In this document: in pieces, positions 1-13,575 of the stretch
Layout: each line of letters opens with the position of its first letter
How positions within the stretch are numbered: position 1 is the first letter of the stretch
Source of the DNA: Eledone cirrhosa
Taxonomy: Eukaryota
Reading direction: 5' to 3'
NCBI GenBank assembly: GCA_964016885.1
Contig: OZ024742.1
Coordinates: 341,062,001 to 341,126,000, forward strand
Length of the DNA: 64,000 nt
The notes under the pieces: model-generated
What the model was told of the DNA's origin: nothing
The model's database searches: none
What the model saw: the letters and a program-made list of their open reading frames with translations, nothing else
Position numbers and translations under genes: made by a program

Positions 1-700
1 GAATATTAGAAAAAATACCTGGTGATATTTATTCTGGCTCATTGTTATCATAATGAAAAAGATCTATTCATTTATTCAACACTAAATCTTCATCAACAAT
101 AAGTGCCTTTCTTGCAATTGTGTTATATATATATTTATATTATTCTGAAGAAAAAACCTTACAGCATTTATTTTAGCAAATATTCTAGTGGGAATTTAAC
201 CCTTTTAATACTAAACCGCATCAAGTTCTTCCTGGTTCTACAAAACAAAGCTTTTAAAGTGTTTATATTTATGTAAAAACTTCCTATCATAATTTTATGC
301 AAGAAATTGTTTTGCTCCAAACATCAATTTAATATTATATTACTAAATCCGTTCAAATTCTAGATTATTCTAAAGATTAAGTGTAAATCGTATACATAAC
401 TTGACTTATGTGGGTGATATATCTGTGATCATTGGGATAAAAGAAAACATAAACTATTCGTTTATTCAACAACAATAAAACTCATTACAGTTCGTGTGCT
501 TTATAAATGTTAATTTGAAGAGATAAAGCATTTCATGTGTTTATGTATATAGGAATATATAATATACATAAGAGGTCTTCTGTAAGTGGCAATTAGATAA
601 ATGCGTTACGCACTTTCAACAGATTTTTCAGCTACTAATGAAGTGCCTATAACTAATCATATGTGGATACTTATACAAATATTTCTGTTAATATATAGTC

Positions 701-767
<67 letters not shown>

Positions 768-934
768 ATGTATATATGTAACTATGTATGTATGTATATA
801 TATGTCTGTGTGTACATATATACATACATACTTACATATATCAATTATTCATACATAAGTATATTGATGAGCCAGTAAGGTCGGTGAAACTTTGAACATA
901 ACAGTCACTATTGATAAAATATTGTATATATATA

Positions 935-1034
935 TAGGGTGTCCCAAAAAAATCTATACACACATCAACAGCATTCTAATAAATATTGCCTGTACAGGTA
1001 ATCATTGTAGGTATATATTTTGGGGGACACCCTG
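935..1034. mobile_element. Tc1/mariner-type MITE (~100 bp)
   Basis: Terminal inverted repeats tagggtgtcccaaaaaa / ttttgggggacaccctg, with TA on both sides; no coding capacity. Confidence 0.7.
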
Positions 1035-1074
1035 TATATATATGTGTGTGTGGTGTGTATGTGTGTATGTGTCA

Positions 1075-1097
1075 GGGGGAGATAGAGAGAGGGGGAG

Positions 1098-1176
<79 letters not shown>

Positions 1177-1462
1177 AAGAACGGCAGTTAGACAGAGACA
1201 GTAACGAAATAGAACGAGAGAGAAAGAAAGGGAGAGAGTGAGAGAGAATGAGAGAGAGATAGAGAGAGAGAGAGAGAAGGAAAGGCAGTTAGACAGAGAC
1301 AATAACGAAATAGAACGAGAGAGAGAGTGAGAGATAGAAAGAGAGAGAGAGAGTAAGAGAGAAAGAGAGTAAGAGAGAGTGAGATAAAAAGATAAAGAGA
1401 CAGAGAGAGAGGGAGAGTGAGTGAGAGAGAGAGAGCAAGAGAGAAGGGGAGAGGAGAGAGAG
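1075..1462 (+). repeat. (GA)n-rich low-complexity tract with an internal ~80 bp duplication
   Basis: GA runs; ggcagttagacagagaca.taacgaaatagaacgagagag occurs twice (~1183 and ~1284). Confidence 0.9.
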
Positions 1463-1590
1463 ATGTTGTAGCGATTTAATTAGAGAAAAGACGATGACAA
1501 TTTTTTGAAGCTGCTTGTTTCAAATGGAATACATCTCAATTGCACATTTTAAGGACCGAAAATAAATTTACTCCTTGAATACACACACAT

Positions 1591-1643
<53 letters not shown>

Positions 1644-1649
1644 CATACA

Positions 1650-1731
<82 letters not shown>

Positions 1732-1732
<1 letters not shown>

Positions 1733-1802
1733 AAGTATAGAATTTTATTATAATAAAACAAAATTGCAAACTTGAAAAAGATGGAAAATAGGGAATAATA
1801 AT

Positions 1803-1885
<83 letters not shown>

Positions 1886-1951
1886 ATATAATTTTATTAT
1901 AATAAAACAAAATTGCAAACTTGAAAAAGATGGAAAATAGGGAATAATAAT

Positions 1952-1957
<6 letters not shown>
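1732..1957. repeat. Direct duplication of a ~75 bp unit separated by (TA)n
   Basis: aaagtata.aattttattataataaaacaaaattgcaaacttgaaaaagatggaaaatagggaataataattatta at ~1732 and ~1881. Confidence 0.9.
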
Positions 1958-2023
<66 letters not shown>

Positions 2024-2721
2024 TTGTGTTTGTGTGTGTACGTATGTATGCATGTATGTATTATATATATAGATATATGAATGCATGTACATATATATAT
2101 ATATATATATACACTAATAATAATATATAATTCATAGTGTAAAAAAAATCATTTATTACGTGAAATGAAACTCTGAGCGAATGAGTAGGATGATGTTAGG
2201 TAGTGTTCAAGTATCAATTGACAGAGAGTGTTTAATCCATGTCAGTTAAATACTTCAACATTTCATTCTCTATAAGTTGCTTTCATTATCATCTTTCTTC
2301 TTATTTTTTTTATTGTCATGGTTGTCATCATCATCATCATCATTATAGTTATCGTTATTAGTATTGTTATTTTTATTAATGTACATCTGCGAAGCAACAT
2401 TGGAAGTGGTGACATACCCATTGTGAATACGGTGACCATGGTTTCATGCTCTTCCACGATCGTCTGTATTTGATGGTTGTTCTCTATCAAAAGGACGGTT
2501 TATCGTGAACATGTATACTATGTATGCCTTTTTTATTCTCATCCAATTTTTATGTAAATCTGTCTAGTTTAAGTAAACTACCTTTGTAATGTCTCCTTCA
2601 TTTTTAGGTGCCATGGACGGCATTTGTACAATTTCGATATTAAAAGACAACAGGATTTAAGGTGCCGAGTGAAGGCCGCGGGTGTAACTGGAAATTTAGA
2701 AACTCTGCTTCGTAGAATCGA

Positions 2722-2816
2722 GACGTATCTGAGGATCTTGCGATTTCAGAGTCAGGTTCGATCATTGCATCGATCGTGTCTCGAGCTGGTCGCCAGAGAA
2801 ATGATTATAATATGTC
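2722..2816 (+). ncRNA. Type I hammerhead ribozyme, family A (long stem II)
   Basis: GACGTAT-CTGAGGA-TCTTGCGA...TCGCCAGA-GAAA-TGATTA-TA-ATATGTC; stems I and II pair; stem III is degenerate relative to the other copies (24950, 30862). Confidence 0.7.
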
Positions 2817-2940
2817 TAATAAATGTTATTCGACGCACCACTGATTCTCCGTTTCTTATGTGATATTATACTCTCCTCTGTAAGAGCATTTAGTGCTCAA
2901 ACGGCCTACCGCTTACGGACGCTTTAAGCATGCCACACCA

Positions 2941-2997
<57 letters not shown>

Positions 2998-3030
2998 AAG
3001 AAATTAAAAGATGGTTAAAAAAGTTCCATA

Positions 3031-3100
3031 TATTTTATTATGCGCATTTCGAAAACAACATCATCCTTGGACAAACATTGAGTTCTCATCAGATAAAATA
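3031..3100 (-). ncRNA. Type I hammerhead ribozyme, family B
   Basis: Minus strand: TATTTTAT-CTGATGA-GAAC...GTTTTC-GAAA-TGCGCA-TA-ATAAAATA; 8-bp stem I and palindromic stem III ATGCGCAT. Confidence 0.85.
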
Positions 3101-3300
3101 AGGTAACATGATATGAGGCCTAAAAACACTTATGAACAATAAATTGTCCAGTCAACATAGGACAAAAATATAAGAGAAGAGAAAAAAATAGGGAAAATGA
3201 AGAAAAGGAAAGAAGACGGAAAAAGGAAAAAGAAATAAAAGAGAGGAAAAAAGAAAGAAAGAAGGAGGATAGTTTTATTGTTCTACAATATTACTCCCCT

Positions 3301-3363
<63 letters not shown>

Positions 3364-3393
3364 TAAATGGAAAATGTCTTTATAAAACCATAT

Positions 3394-3454
3394 TATTTTA
3401 TTATACGTATTTCAAGGGTACTAATATTTTAGTACGCTTTCGTCAGATAAAATA
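3394..3454 (-). ncRNA. Type I hammerhead ribozyme, family C
   Basis: Minus strand: TATTTTAT-CTGACGA-AAGCGTACTAA aata TTAGTACCCTT-GAAA-TACGTA-TA-ATAAAATA. Confidence 0.85.
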
Positions 3455-4201
3455 GAATAATTGGTGTAAAGATAGTGACATATCTTCATATGAACTTCAT
3501 GTTATAAGTTCATTGAAGATAGTGTATATAATTTTTCAATACTCAGGGTTAATATGCTAATGTGGTTATCGTTAAAACTGAAAAGGATCGTTAAGTTTAG
3601 ACGCTAGATAGATTTTAAATATTTATCTAAGTTATTTTTTTAAAATGTTTTGCTATTAAATTTGAAAAAAATGTTAAAGTTAATTTAGGATTATTTATAG
3701 AAATATCCATATATATACACCCAAACATATATACATGAGTATAGAAGAATGAAATATTTATATTTATTTACTTAATTTTATAATATATTTTAAGAATATG
3801 GAAGTATTTATAATATTTAGGTGAGAATTACAAAGTAATGTATTAAATTGAGAACTATTAATTTATTAAAGCAATATCATATGTGAAAGATACCCTGTAT
3901 TTATATATACGATTGGATATATTTTACGCGTATATTTTAATATTATGATGAGTGCAGTTATAAATATAATGTATTATAGTATAAGACATTATTGCATATC
4001 GTTATTTTAAAAATTTATTTAGTACATAAATAATTATGCGTGAATATAAATCTTATTTAAGTATATATAATTATGAAAGCGCGTAAGATATGTCAAGCGA
4101 TGATATATATATGCATTTTCTATAAATACCTTAAGAATGTGAAAATAATTATAAGTGAAGCTGTATAATATTATGTATAGTCTATCTTTACACCAATTAT
4201 T

Positions 4202-4262
4202 TATTTTATCTGACGAAAGCGTACTAAAATATTAGTACCCTTGAAATACATATAATAAAATA
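4202..4262 (+). ncRNA. Type I hammerhead ribozyme, family C (mirror of 3394-3454)
   Basis: TATTTTAT-CTGACGA-AAGCGTACTAAAATATTAGTACCCTT-GAAA-TACATA-TA-ATAAAATA. Confidence 0.8.
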
Positions 4263-4394
4263 AATATGGTTTTATAAAGACATTTTCCATTTATTAATAT
4301 TATTGATATTAATGATACTCCGAAAACCCGTTGTGTGCTTCTAATCTGTTGTAAATTAACTTTGTTGAATAATCAACAAACCAAATAACTCATT

Positions 4395-4521
<127 letters not shown>

Positions 4522-4532
4522 TAACAGATTAA

Positions 4533-4583
4533 AGTTTAAGCAAAGAATCGCTGCTTTCACCCTTAACGGGATCTTCTGAAACT
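4533..4583 (-). ncRNA. Hammerhead-like motif with U4A core (CAGAAGA), family D
   Basis: Minus strand: AGTTT-CAGAAGA-TCCC gttaa GGGT-GAAA-GCA gcgattctt TGC-TT-AAACT. Confidence 0.55.
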
Positions 4584-4781
4584 AACAAAGTCAATCTGTA
4601 AACGCAGAACTGGATATTTCAAAAAACGTTGCAACCGGAGGAAGACGATACTTTGGTTCGTGGAAACGTTCCCTGGCAAAGAACGGGAAAAAACGAATAT
4701 AAAACGTCATTAATAGGAGCGGTGAAAAACAATTACACGCAAAGATGTGAGAAAAACCACAGACCCTCCATCTCAACTCTA

Positions 4782-4817
4782 CTTTTGAAAAGCAGAAGAA
4801 CTGCGAAACCGGTAAAG
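4782..4817 (+). ncRNA. Minimal hammerhead with U3-A8 core (TTGAAAA), family E
   Basis: CTT-TTGAAAA-GCAG aagaa CTGC-GAAA-CCGG-TA-AAG; palindromic stem III ACCGGT. Confidence 0.6.
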
Positions 4818-4884
4818 GAACCAAATAAATATATATATATTTTTTAAAATAAGACTCCAGCTGCATTTTCGATTTCATCTTTTT

Positions 4885-4930
<46 letters not shown>

Positions 4931-5029
4931 AAAGTATATATTGAGTTAGAAACCCAGAGTTGTCCCTTGCAATTAAAATAGCTCAAGGAAAAAATGTTCG
5001 TAAAAAAGTCGTATAATATAATTTAAGAT

Positions 5030-5757
<728 letters not shown>

Positions 5758-5769
5758 ATATATATAAAT

Positions 5770-5991
5770 ATTAAAACAACAGATTAAAGTTTAAGCAAAG
5801 AATCGGTGCTTTCACCCTTAACGGGATCTTCTGAAACTCAGTTTCAAAAGATCCCGTTAAGGGTGAAGTCAGCGATTCTTTGTTTAAACTTTAATCTGTT
5901 ATTTTAATAAATATTTGCTCTAGGGTTCTTATATATTTGATATATATTTATCCTTATCCAGCCCTCTTTGGATTTTAGTCTTCACATTTAT

Positions 5992-5995
<4 letters not shown>
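5770..5995. mobile_element. Short fold-back of the family D PLE 3' end with tail
   Basis: ~5770-5838 and ~5840-5908 are inverted copies; a tail runs from ~5909 into (TA)n; same sequence as the end of the nested PLE at 8280; U4A motif at 5788-5838 (minus). Confidence 0.75.
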
Positions 5996-6036
<41 letters not shown>

Positions 6037-6400
6037 GGCATAAACGATATCGCTATGTATAATAAACATATATAAAATCTCACTTTAGGTGTTTTAAGCT
6101 GTGAATATGTCACAGGTACAAGTGCTGTGAGACTTTTAGATACTCGTACTTTAGTAGCTGTGATATGATTCTTTGAAATACTCATAGTGAGACTTATTTG
6201 CGTTTATTATACGTAATTATTTCGTATATGCTTTCATATACAACCACTCAAATATATATATATATGTGTGTGTCTGTCTGTGAGTGTGTGTGTGTGTGAG
6301 TGTGTGAGTCTGAGTGTGTGTGTGTAATATAATATATATATCTATATATAAAAATACATATACATACATATATATAGGCATATATATATACATACATACG

Positions 6401-6431
<31 letters not shown>

Positions 6432-7244
6432 AAATGTGTGTAATCCTTGGTACAGTTAGGTATATTAAGACAGGGGGGAAGAAAAAATGGCTTCACTTGT
6501 GCTTTCAACAAATTTATTTTCTTCACAAAATCCAAAAAGAATTTTTCTTAAAGAAAATTATTTTATAAATTAAGTTGTTGGTTGTTGGTTAGGTCTTAGG
6601 AGTTCTTGGTTAACGTAGGAGGTATTGTTTCGTTTTTAGAAAGACCTTTCACGCTGAGGTGCGCTTGTCAAACTGATGTGTATGTGGTGTGTTGTTCTAT
6701 ATATAGGGATTTAACATGTCTGTGGTGTGGTGGGGGTTTCTTTTCTCCCCCTTTAATAAGTGCATGGGTGTAGGTGTGTTGAAAAAGTGTTCATAGCAGT
6801 AATGAGTTGAGACGGTGAGTAGGGTTGGGTGGGGAGAAATGTAGCAAGTGCGGCCTGCCCCGGTCATTCTCGAAAAATTCCTTTATTCAGGGGAAAAAGC
6901 TTTCAGTATTGCTTTTGTGTTGAGAATGGTCACAGGCAAATCGCACCTGTCAAGTTTGTGAATAATTATTTTTTTATTTTTTTCCCTGAAGAATTTTTCT
7001 ACGTCCATCCCAAAGTTAGTCCATAGTTCAACACACACATATGTGCGTATATACGTACATACACACACGGGCATATGTAGGAATATATAGGCACACACCA
7101 TCAATCACACACCCATGTACAAATACATCCACATACATACACAAAAACATATAGAGACACATATAAAAACACACATACACATACGTACACACACGAATAT
7201 GTACTCATACCTCCACATGGGTATATATATATATATATACATAT

Positions 7245-7275
<31 letters not shown>

Positions 7276-7326
7276 CATACATATACACATACACACACAT
7301 ATACACACACACATATAAATATATAT

Positions 7327-7357
<31 letters not shown>

Positions 7358-7600
7358 CACATATATACATACATATACATACATACATATACATACATAT
7401 ACACACATAAAGATACATAACTAAATATACATGTATACACATACACGCACACATACACACACACACACGTGTATACACACACACACACACACACATATAC
7501 ATATGTCCGTATATATACCCCTCCGTTCACACATACATGCATACACACACACACATACACACATACATCTATATATATATACACATATAAAGAGAGAGGC

Positions 7601-7699
<99 letters not shown>

Positions 7700-7812
7700 C
7701 ATATACACATACATATATGTACACATAAACACATACAGACACATACACACATATACACATACATATACACATACATATATATCCATATACATATATATAT
7801 TCACATACATAT

Positions 7813-7849
<37 letters not shown>

Positions 7850-7905
7850 CATACATATACACATACAAGTACATACATACACACATACATACATACACAT
7901 ACATG

Positions 7906-7938
<33 letters not shown>

Positions 7939-8298
7939 GTATACATATATACATACATATATATACATATATATACACATACACACACATACATACACAC
8001 ATACATATATACATATATATATGTGCGTACACACGAGCACATAAAGAGACATATACACATACACATATATATACATATATATACATATATATACACATAC
8101 ATCTACATACATACATATACACACACAGAAACATACACATATGTACACACATATATACATATATGCACATACATACAAACACACACACACATATATATAG
8201 GTACATACACATACATACACACACACATAAACATACATATCTATCCATATATATATATATATATATATATTTATTTATTTATTAAAATAACAGATTAA

Positions 8299-8349
8299 AG
8301 TTTAAGCAAAGAATCGCTGCTTTCACCCTTAACGGGATCTTCTGAAACT
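8299..8349 (-). ncRNA. Hammerhead-like motif with U4A core, family D
   Basis: Identical to 4533-4583; lies at the 3' end of the nested PLE. Confidence 0.55.
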
Positions 8350-9327
8350 AACAAAGTCAATCTGTAAACGCAGAACTGGATATTTCAAAAAACGTTGCAA
8401 CCGGAGGAAGGCAGGAAGACGATACTTTGGTTCGTGGTGACGTTCGCTGGCAAAGAACGTGAAAAAACGAATAATACGTCATTAATAGGAGCGGTGAAAA
8501 ACAATTACGCGCAAAGACAAAACCACGTTTATGGTATAAAAGAGGTCGTAGACTAATGTTCTCTTAGGTGGTGCATAGAGACGTTCTCTGGCAATGAACG
8601 AAACAACGAAGATAATAAGTCATATGTGGAGCGTGGAGAACAATAGCACGCAAAGACAAAACCACGTAAATGGTATAGCAGAAATCGTAGACTAAAATTC
8701 TAACTAGGAGACCAAATGAATCTCCGCTACAGAGTTAAGAACAAAGTAAATAAATACAATACAGAAGTAATAGGAACAAATAAATACATACACGCAAACA
8801 GATACGTACATACACAAGCATACGCAAAACCTTACCATGGGTATACAAAACCACGCACATATAAATATGTGTGTGTGTGTATGCTTGTGTACAAATAAAT
8901 AAATAATTATATAAACGTATATAAGTAAATAAATACGTATATAACAAGCGCACACGCATACCTACATATAAATACACGAATGTTCGGAGACATAAGTCAA
9001 CTAAAACAAGAAGTACACATATACACACACCCACCATACGTACGAACCTGCACACTCACGCGGACGCAAAACTCCCGTATACACATAGCCAAACCCTAAA
9101 TACCAGAATATGTAAAAATTATACGCTATAACGAGAAGGTATACATACCTTCACACAACATACGGGTAATATATACTTACCTATGCAAATACGTAAAGGA
9201 ATAAACAAAACATATACTTAGCTCCCACATCAAGACGTAAAATATCCACGTATAGATCGTGCTATCCGTTAGGGTATAACGTGGGGCTGTAATACAGGAA
9301 AGTTTTGTGCAATTTATGTTTACAAGC

Positions 9328-9663
9328 CTAAATTGCCTCAGATTTTTTGTTTAAGATGTGGTCTGTAGCGTAGAGTATTTCCAGGGCCTCGGCGGCGCAG
9401 AGGTCACATGGTCTTTTATTTCCGTTATACGATCTAGCCCTAGCTAGGATCTCCCAGTGTAACTTATATTGGGTGTGGTTGTCTTTTAGTCTCCAGATAT
9501 AAGCTGAAAGTGACGTCATATTCCTTCTTAGAGGGTAACGAAAAGAATGGGTATGCATGTAAAGACGCTGCTTGAAACTATTGGCGGTTAACCCTATGTA
9601 GGCCCTACGGGACGTGGGTGTTACAACCTTACATTTGTAGACAATGTTACTAGAGAGGCATTT
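9328..9663 (-). pseudogene. GIY-YIG endonuclease C-terminal fragment of a PLE
   Basis: CLSSNIVYKCKV...AYIGLTANSFKQRLYMH...TSLSAYIWRLK...CDLC...ILNKKSEAI*ACKH; the stop probably interrupts an LNKxSExxxxCxH-type terminal motif; the upstream part of the track ORF is microsatellite. Confidence 0.85.
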
Positions 9664-9725
9664 ACACACATATATATACAAACATACACATACATACATG
9701 TACATATACACATATATACACACAT

Positions 9726-9756
<31 letters not shown>

Positions 9757-9795
9757 GATATATATACACACATACAAACATACACACATCCATCC

Positions 9796-9845
<50 letters not shown>

Positions 9846-9903
9846 ACACCCACATACACATATACCCACACGTACATACATCCATACATCCCTACACACA
9901 TAT

Positions 9904-11610
9904 ATGTGTGTGTCTCACCGTTTACTCAGATATTCATGTGTATACATAAGAAGAGGGGGGGGGGGCAGTGAAATGGAATTTTACCTCCGAGTGTTAATTC
10001 ATTTTTTCGTGTTCAGTAGTGGTTTAAATTTTTCAATGAAGAATTCTTCTTTATATCTGCGGAAATGTTCGTTATCCGACCATATCTTGAAGAAAGGCAC
10101 ACAACGTCTAAGCAACCTATTAGACATCATACTCAAACCCCTATTTAAAAAAGTTCCAAGCTACATCAGAGATGATATGGAATTCCTTAACTATATCCCC
10201 CAAAAAGTACACCAGGATACAATCCTAGTCAGTTTTGATGTAATAAGCCTGTACACTAACATCCCACACGACCTAGGGATTGAAGCTGTGGACTTCTGGA
10301 TTACAAAACACTCAAGTCACATTTCAGAAAGATTCCCCAAAGAATTGATCTTGGAAGGACTTAAATTAGTATTGGAAAACAACCACTTCCTCTTTGACAA
10401 CGAACTTTATCTACAAATAAAAGGAACAGCCATGGGTACCAAAGTGGCCCCTACATATGCAACGCTCGTTATGGGTCACTTAGAGGCAAAATTATATTCC
10501 CAACTACAGATAACATTCAGTCACGACTTCGCCTTCTACATTAATAAAAACTGGAAACGTTACCTAGATGACTGCTTCATCTTCTGGAACAGAAGCCAAA
10601 CAGACCTACAAAAATTTTATTCGATCCTAAACAGGCTTCATGAAGCTATACAATTCACTATGGAATGTAACGAAAAGGAACTGCCCTTTCTAGATATCCT
10701 CATCATTAAAAAAGGGGAAAATATCATAACGGACCTATTTTGCAAACCCACTGACACACACCAATACTTAAATTTCCGGTCAGCACACCCCTCACATACG
10801 AAATGGAACATTCCCTTCAACATGGCAAGGCGCATCTGCACTATAGCAACACACCCCGTACTACAAGAAAAAAGATTATGTGACCTGAAAAAATTCCTTA
10901 AAAAACAAGAATACCCGATGAAACTCATCAACGCAGCCATCTCCAAGGCTAAGAACATCCCAATAACAACACTGAGAAAACCAAACCCACAACATAAAAA
11001 AGAAAACCCTGCTATCTCTTTTGTCATCACTCACAACCCAGGGAACATCAACATTGTGAAAACTGCTAAGCAGTATCTCCCGATTCTACAGCAATTTACC
11101 AAAATGAATGCACTCTTAAAAAACACACAGATAATTTATAGCAGACGCCAAGCACCCAACCTTAAAAAACTAATTACCAAGGCAAAATTTACGACCAACA
11201 TGGAATCAATGCAAGTGACGAAATGTGGGAACCCTAGATGTGGAACCTGTGAACTCATCGAAGAGGGCAAACAGGTGTCCTTCAAAAACCATGATAATTT
11301 CAAGGTCAATGCTAACATGAACTGCAAAACGAAAAACCTAATATATTGCGCAACATGTCCACAGTGTAAAGAGTATTACATTGGGGAAACCGGAACGGGA
11401 TTACATGATAGAGTCCGGGTACATAAACAACAAATTAAAGACCCCACAGTCAGAAATACCACATGTAGCGCACACTTTGCATCATGCGGGAAGGAAGAAT
11501 TCACAATATTCCCTTTCTTCAAGATATGGTCGGATAACGAACATTTCCGCAGATATAAAGAAGAGTTCTTCATTGAAAAATTTAAACCACTACTGAACAC
11601 GAAAAAATGA
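9904..11610 (+). CDS. PLE reverse transcriptase + GIY-YIG endonuclease (5'-truncated, Neptune-like); genuine PLE coding starts at ~10098
   Basis: RT motifs [52 protein letters not shown]; Cys linker CGNPRCGTC; endonuclease [21 protein letters not shown]. The first ~64 aa are antisense of the element's own 3' end. Confidence 0.92.
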   Translation: MCVSHRLLRYSCVYIRRGGGGSEMEFYLRVLIHFFVFSSGLNFSMKNSSLYLRKCSLSDHILKKGTQRLSNLLDIILKPLFKKVPSYIRDDMEFLNYIPQKVHQDTILVSFDVISLYTNIPHDLGIEAVDFWITKHSSHISERFPKELILEGLKLVLENNHFLFDNELYLQIKGTAMGTKVAPTYATLVMGHLEAKLYSQLQITFSHDFAFYINKNWKRYLDDCFIFWNRSQTDLQKFYSILNRLHEAIQFTMECNEKELPFLDILIIKKGENIITDLFCKPTDTHQYLNFRSAHPSHTKWNIPFNMARRICTIATHPVLQEKRLCDLKKFLKKQEYPMKLINAAISKAKNIPITTLRKPNPQHKKENPAISFVITHNPGNINIVKTAKQYLPILQQFTKMNALLKNTQIIYSRRQAPNLKKLITKAKFTTNMESMQVTKCGNPRCGTCELIEEGKQVSFKNHDNFKVNANMNCKTKNLIYCATCPQCKEYYIGETGTGLHDRVRVHKQQIKDPTVRNTTCSAHFASCGKEEFTIFPFFKIWSDNEHFRRYKEEFFIEKFKPLLNTKK

Positions 11611-11762
11611 ATTAACACTCGGAGGTAAAATTCCATTTCACTACCCCCCCCCCTCTTCTTATGTATACACATGAATATCTGAGTAAACGGTGAGACACAC
11701 ACATATATGTGTGTAGGGTTGTATGGATGTATGTACGTGTGGGTATATGTGTATGTGGGTGT

Positions 11763-11805
<43 letters not shown>

Positions 11806-11839
11806 TGTGTGTATATGTATGGATGTGTGTATGTTTGTA

Positions 11840-11912
<73 letters not shown>

Positions 11913-11967
11913 ATGTGTGTATATATGTGTATATGTACATGTATGTATGTGTATGTTTGTATATATA

Positions 11968-12022
<55 letters not shown>

Positions 12023-12481
12023 GGATAGATATGTATGTTTATGTGTGTATGTATGTATGTGTATGTACCTATATATATATGTGTGTGTGTGTGTATGTAT
12101 GTGCATATATGTATATATGTGTGTACATATGTGTATGTTTCTGTTTGTGTATGTATGTAGATGTATGTGTATATATATATGTATATATGTATGTGTGTAT
12201 GTATGTGTGTGTATGTGTATATATATGTATATATATATGTATGTATATATGTATACATATATATATATATGTATGTATGTACATGTATGTGTATGTATGT
12301 GTGTATGTATGTACTTGTATATGTATGTGTATGTATGTGTATATATATATATATATGTGTGTATTTATGTATGTGTATATATATATGTATATGGATATAT
12401 ATGTATGTGTATATGTATGTGTATATGTGTGTATGTGTCTGTATGTGTTTATGTGTACATATATGTATGTGTATATGTATG

Positions 12482-12548
<67 letters not shown>

Positions 12549-12797
12549 CTGTGTGTATGCCTCTCTCTTTATATGTGTATATATATATAGATGTATGTGT
12601 GTATGTGTGTGTGTGTATGCATGTATGTGTGAACGGAGGGGTATATATACGGACATATGTATATATGTGTGTGTGTGTGTGTGTGTATACACGTGCGTGT
12701 GTGTGTGTATGTGTGCGTGTATGTGTATACATGTATATTTAGTTATGTATCTTTATGTGTGTATATGTATGTATATGTATGTATGTATATGTATGTA

Positions 12798-12838
<41 letters not shown>

Positions 12839-13488
12839 ATATATATTTATATGTGTGTGTGTATATGTGTGTGTATGTGTATATGTATGTATATATATAT
12901 ATATATGTGTGTATGTATGTATATATGTATATATATATATACCCATGTGGAGGTATGAGTACATATTCGTGTGTGTACGTATGTGTATGTGTGTTTTTAT
13001 ATGTGTCTCTATATGTTTTTGTGTATGTATGTGGATGTATTTGTACATGGGTGTGTGATTGATGGTGTGTGCCTATATATTCCTACATATGCCCGTGTGT
13101 GTATGTACGTATATGCGCACATATGTGTGTGTTGAACAAAGGACTAACTTTGGGATGGACGTAGAAAAATTCTTCAGGGAAAAAAAGAAAAAAATTATTA
13201 TTCACAAACTTGACAGGTGCGATTTGCCTGTGACCATTCTCAACACAAAAGCAATACTAAAAGCTTTTTCCCCTGAATAAAGGAATTTTTCGAGAATGAC
13301 CGGGGCAGGTCGCACTTGTTACATTTCTCCCCACCCAACCCTACTCACCGTCTCAACTCATTACTGCTATGAACACTTTTTCAACACACCTACACCCATG
13401 CACTTATTAAAGGGGGAGAAAAGAAACCCCACCACACCACAGACATGTTAAATCCCTATATATAGAACAACACACCACATACACATCA

Positions 13489-13575
13489 GTTTGACAAGCG
13501 CACCTCAGCGTGAAAGGTCTTTCTAAAAACGAAACAATACCTCCTACGTTAACCAAGAACTCCTAAGACCTAACC
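13489..13575 (+). ncRNA. Candidate U3-A8 hammerhead in the PLE pseudo-LTR (mirror copy 6588-6673, minus)
   Basis: GT-TTGACAA-GCG cacctcag CGT-GAA-AGGTCTT...AAGACCT-A-AC; 7-bp stem III with a long loop, but stem I is only ~2 bp. Confidence 0.45.

Larger units (their letters stand above)
8271..9663 (-). mobile_element. Second, 5'-truncated PLE (family D, probably Naiad-like) nested in the left arm of the first
   Basis: Absent from the right arm, where the matching position (~11977-12020) is a TA tract; has a GIY-YIG fragment, a ~1 kb 3' UTR and a terminal HHR-like motif. Confidence 0.85.

Noticed and set aside
858-911. HHR-like TTGATGA-GCC..GGT-GAAAC..GTC
   Set aside because: U3 without the compensating A8, and stems I and III are poor; at best a decayed copy.
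6078-6192. TCTCAC...GAAATACTCATA-GTGAGA stem I-like pairing
   Set aside because: No recognisable CUGANGA box.
9328-11610. Selenocysteine recoding, as reported for some Naiad PLEs
   Set aside because: The internal stop in the nested fragment is TAG, the main ORF has no in-frame TGA before its end, and I could not identify a SECIS by eye.
10638-11702. Minus-strand ORFs overlapping the PLE ORF
   Set aside because: Antisense shadows of the RT-endonuclease frame.
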